This document shows, piece by piece, positions 31,686 through 32,000 of a DNA stretch of 32,000 nucleotides. Source of the DNA: Thermosulfurimonas dismutans (GTDB taxonomy: Bacteria; Desulfobacterota; Thermodesulfobacteria; Thermodesulfobacteriales; Thermodesulfobacteriaceae). Each line of letters starts with the position of its first letter. Position 1 is the stretch's first letter. The DNA lies in contig NZ_LWLG01000005.1 in NCBI RefSeq assembly GCF_001652585.1, positions 65,895 through 97,894 on the forward strand, given 5' to 3'. A program made the position numbers and the translations under genes. A model generated the notes under the pieces. The model ran no database searches, was not told the DNA's origin, and saw only the letters and a program-made list of their open reading frames with translations.

Positions 31686-32000
31686 ATGTATAAGAAACAG
31701 CATACTCAACTCACTTTCGGGGAAAATATTCTTTACCAAAACCTCCCGGATGACCTCCTCCTAGAACTCGACCGCCTCATCAACTGGAAACCCTTCGAAC
31801 GCATTCTCTCCAAACTCCATCCCTCCTCCGTAGGACGCCCAGCCTACGATCCCCTCCTCATGCTCAAAATCCTCATCATCCAGCAAATCTACGGTCACTC
31901 CGACCCCGAAATGGAAATCATGCTCTACGGCAACCTCTTCTACCGCCGCTTCCTCGGCCTTTCCGCTACCGATCCCGTTCCCGACCACTCCACCATCCCC
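31686..32000 (+). CDS. IS5-superfamily (IS5/IS1182-type, DUF772 N-terminal domain) transposase; 3' end lies beyond the window
   Basis: This gene is absent from the ORF track because it has no stop in the window. Manual translation from the ATG at 31686 (AAGGAG Shine-Dalgarno sequence at 31673-31678) gives MYKKQHTQLTFGENILYQNLPDDLLLELDRLINWKPFERILSKLHPSSVGRPAYDPLLMLKILIIQQIYGHSDPEMEIMLYGNLFYRRFLGLSATDPVPDHSTIP. That is the canonical InsH-type N-terminal motif. I could not define the IS left end, which lies somewhere in 31606-31685. Confidence 0.8.
   Translation, partial: MYKKQHTQLTFGENILYQNLPDDLLLELDRLINWKPFERILSKLHPSSVGRPAYDPLLMLKILIIQQIYGHSDPEMEIMLYGNLFYRRFLGLSATDPVPDHSTIP

Noticed and set aside
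31761-31988. 75-aa minus-strand ORF
   Set aside because: It is antisense to the clearly recognisable IS5-type transposase N-terminal domain on the plus strand. This is a shadow ORF.

Overview
This 32-kb window consists almost entirely of minus-strand genes for signal-peptide or lipobox-bearing multidomain proteins, plus insertion-sequence debris. I saw no rRNA, tRNA or CRISPR. (i) 1-21129 is a co-directional cluster of 10 genes plus one relic. Seven of the proteins carry a nearly invariant ~78-aa, internally duplicated, Cys-flanked dockerin-like module (C[TI]PDGDVAPLGxRDGxVNIGDALVxLRFALGLE...CHADVAPLG..PDGKITIGDALVILRKALGL). It occurs at C-terminal, N-terminal or internal positions. Three proteins carry cohesin-like modules: two LVAC-lipobox lipoproteins and a 1567-aa scaffoldin-like giant that also has the dockerin-like module. 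The cargo domains are not cellulases: GH114-like, two peptidase-MA-like paralogues, CAP/SCP, a BNR/Asp-box propeller and a Kazal-like domain. I read this as a lipoprotein-anchored cohesin-dockerin-type surface assembly system, and it is the main candidate for a novel system here. (ii) 21377-22436 is an IS481-family element whose transposase looks internally deleted. (iii) 22442-28373 holds three AT-richer secreted-protein genes, one with two WSC domains and a PAN/Apple domain. (iv) 28417-29495 is an IS graveyard: a 299-bp miniature IS3 derivative, an orphan gene fragment, a 379-bp truncated inverted IS481 copy, and a decayed dockerin-like module cut by that copy. (v) 29565-31079 is an unknown secreted protein. 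A decayed signal-Kazal-dockerin paralogue of the first gene sits upstream of it at 31080-31605. (vi) 31686-32000 is the 5' part of an IS5-superfamily transposase gene that runs off the window. All domain calls come from reading motifs by eye; no searches were run.
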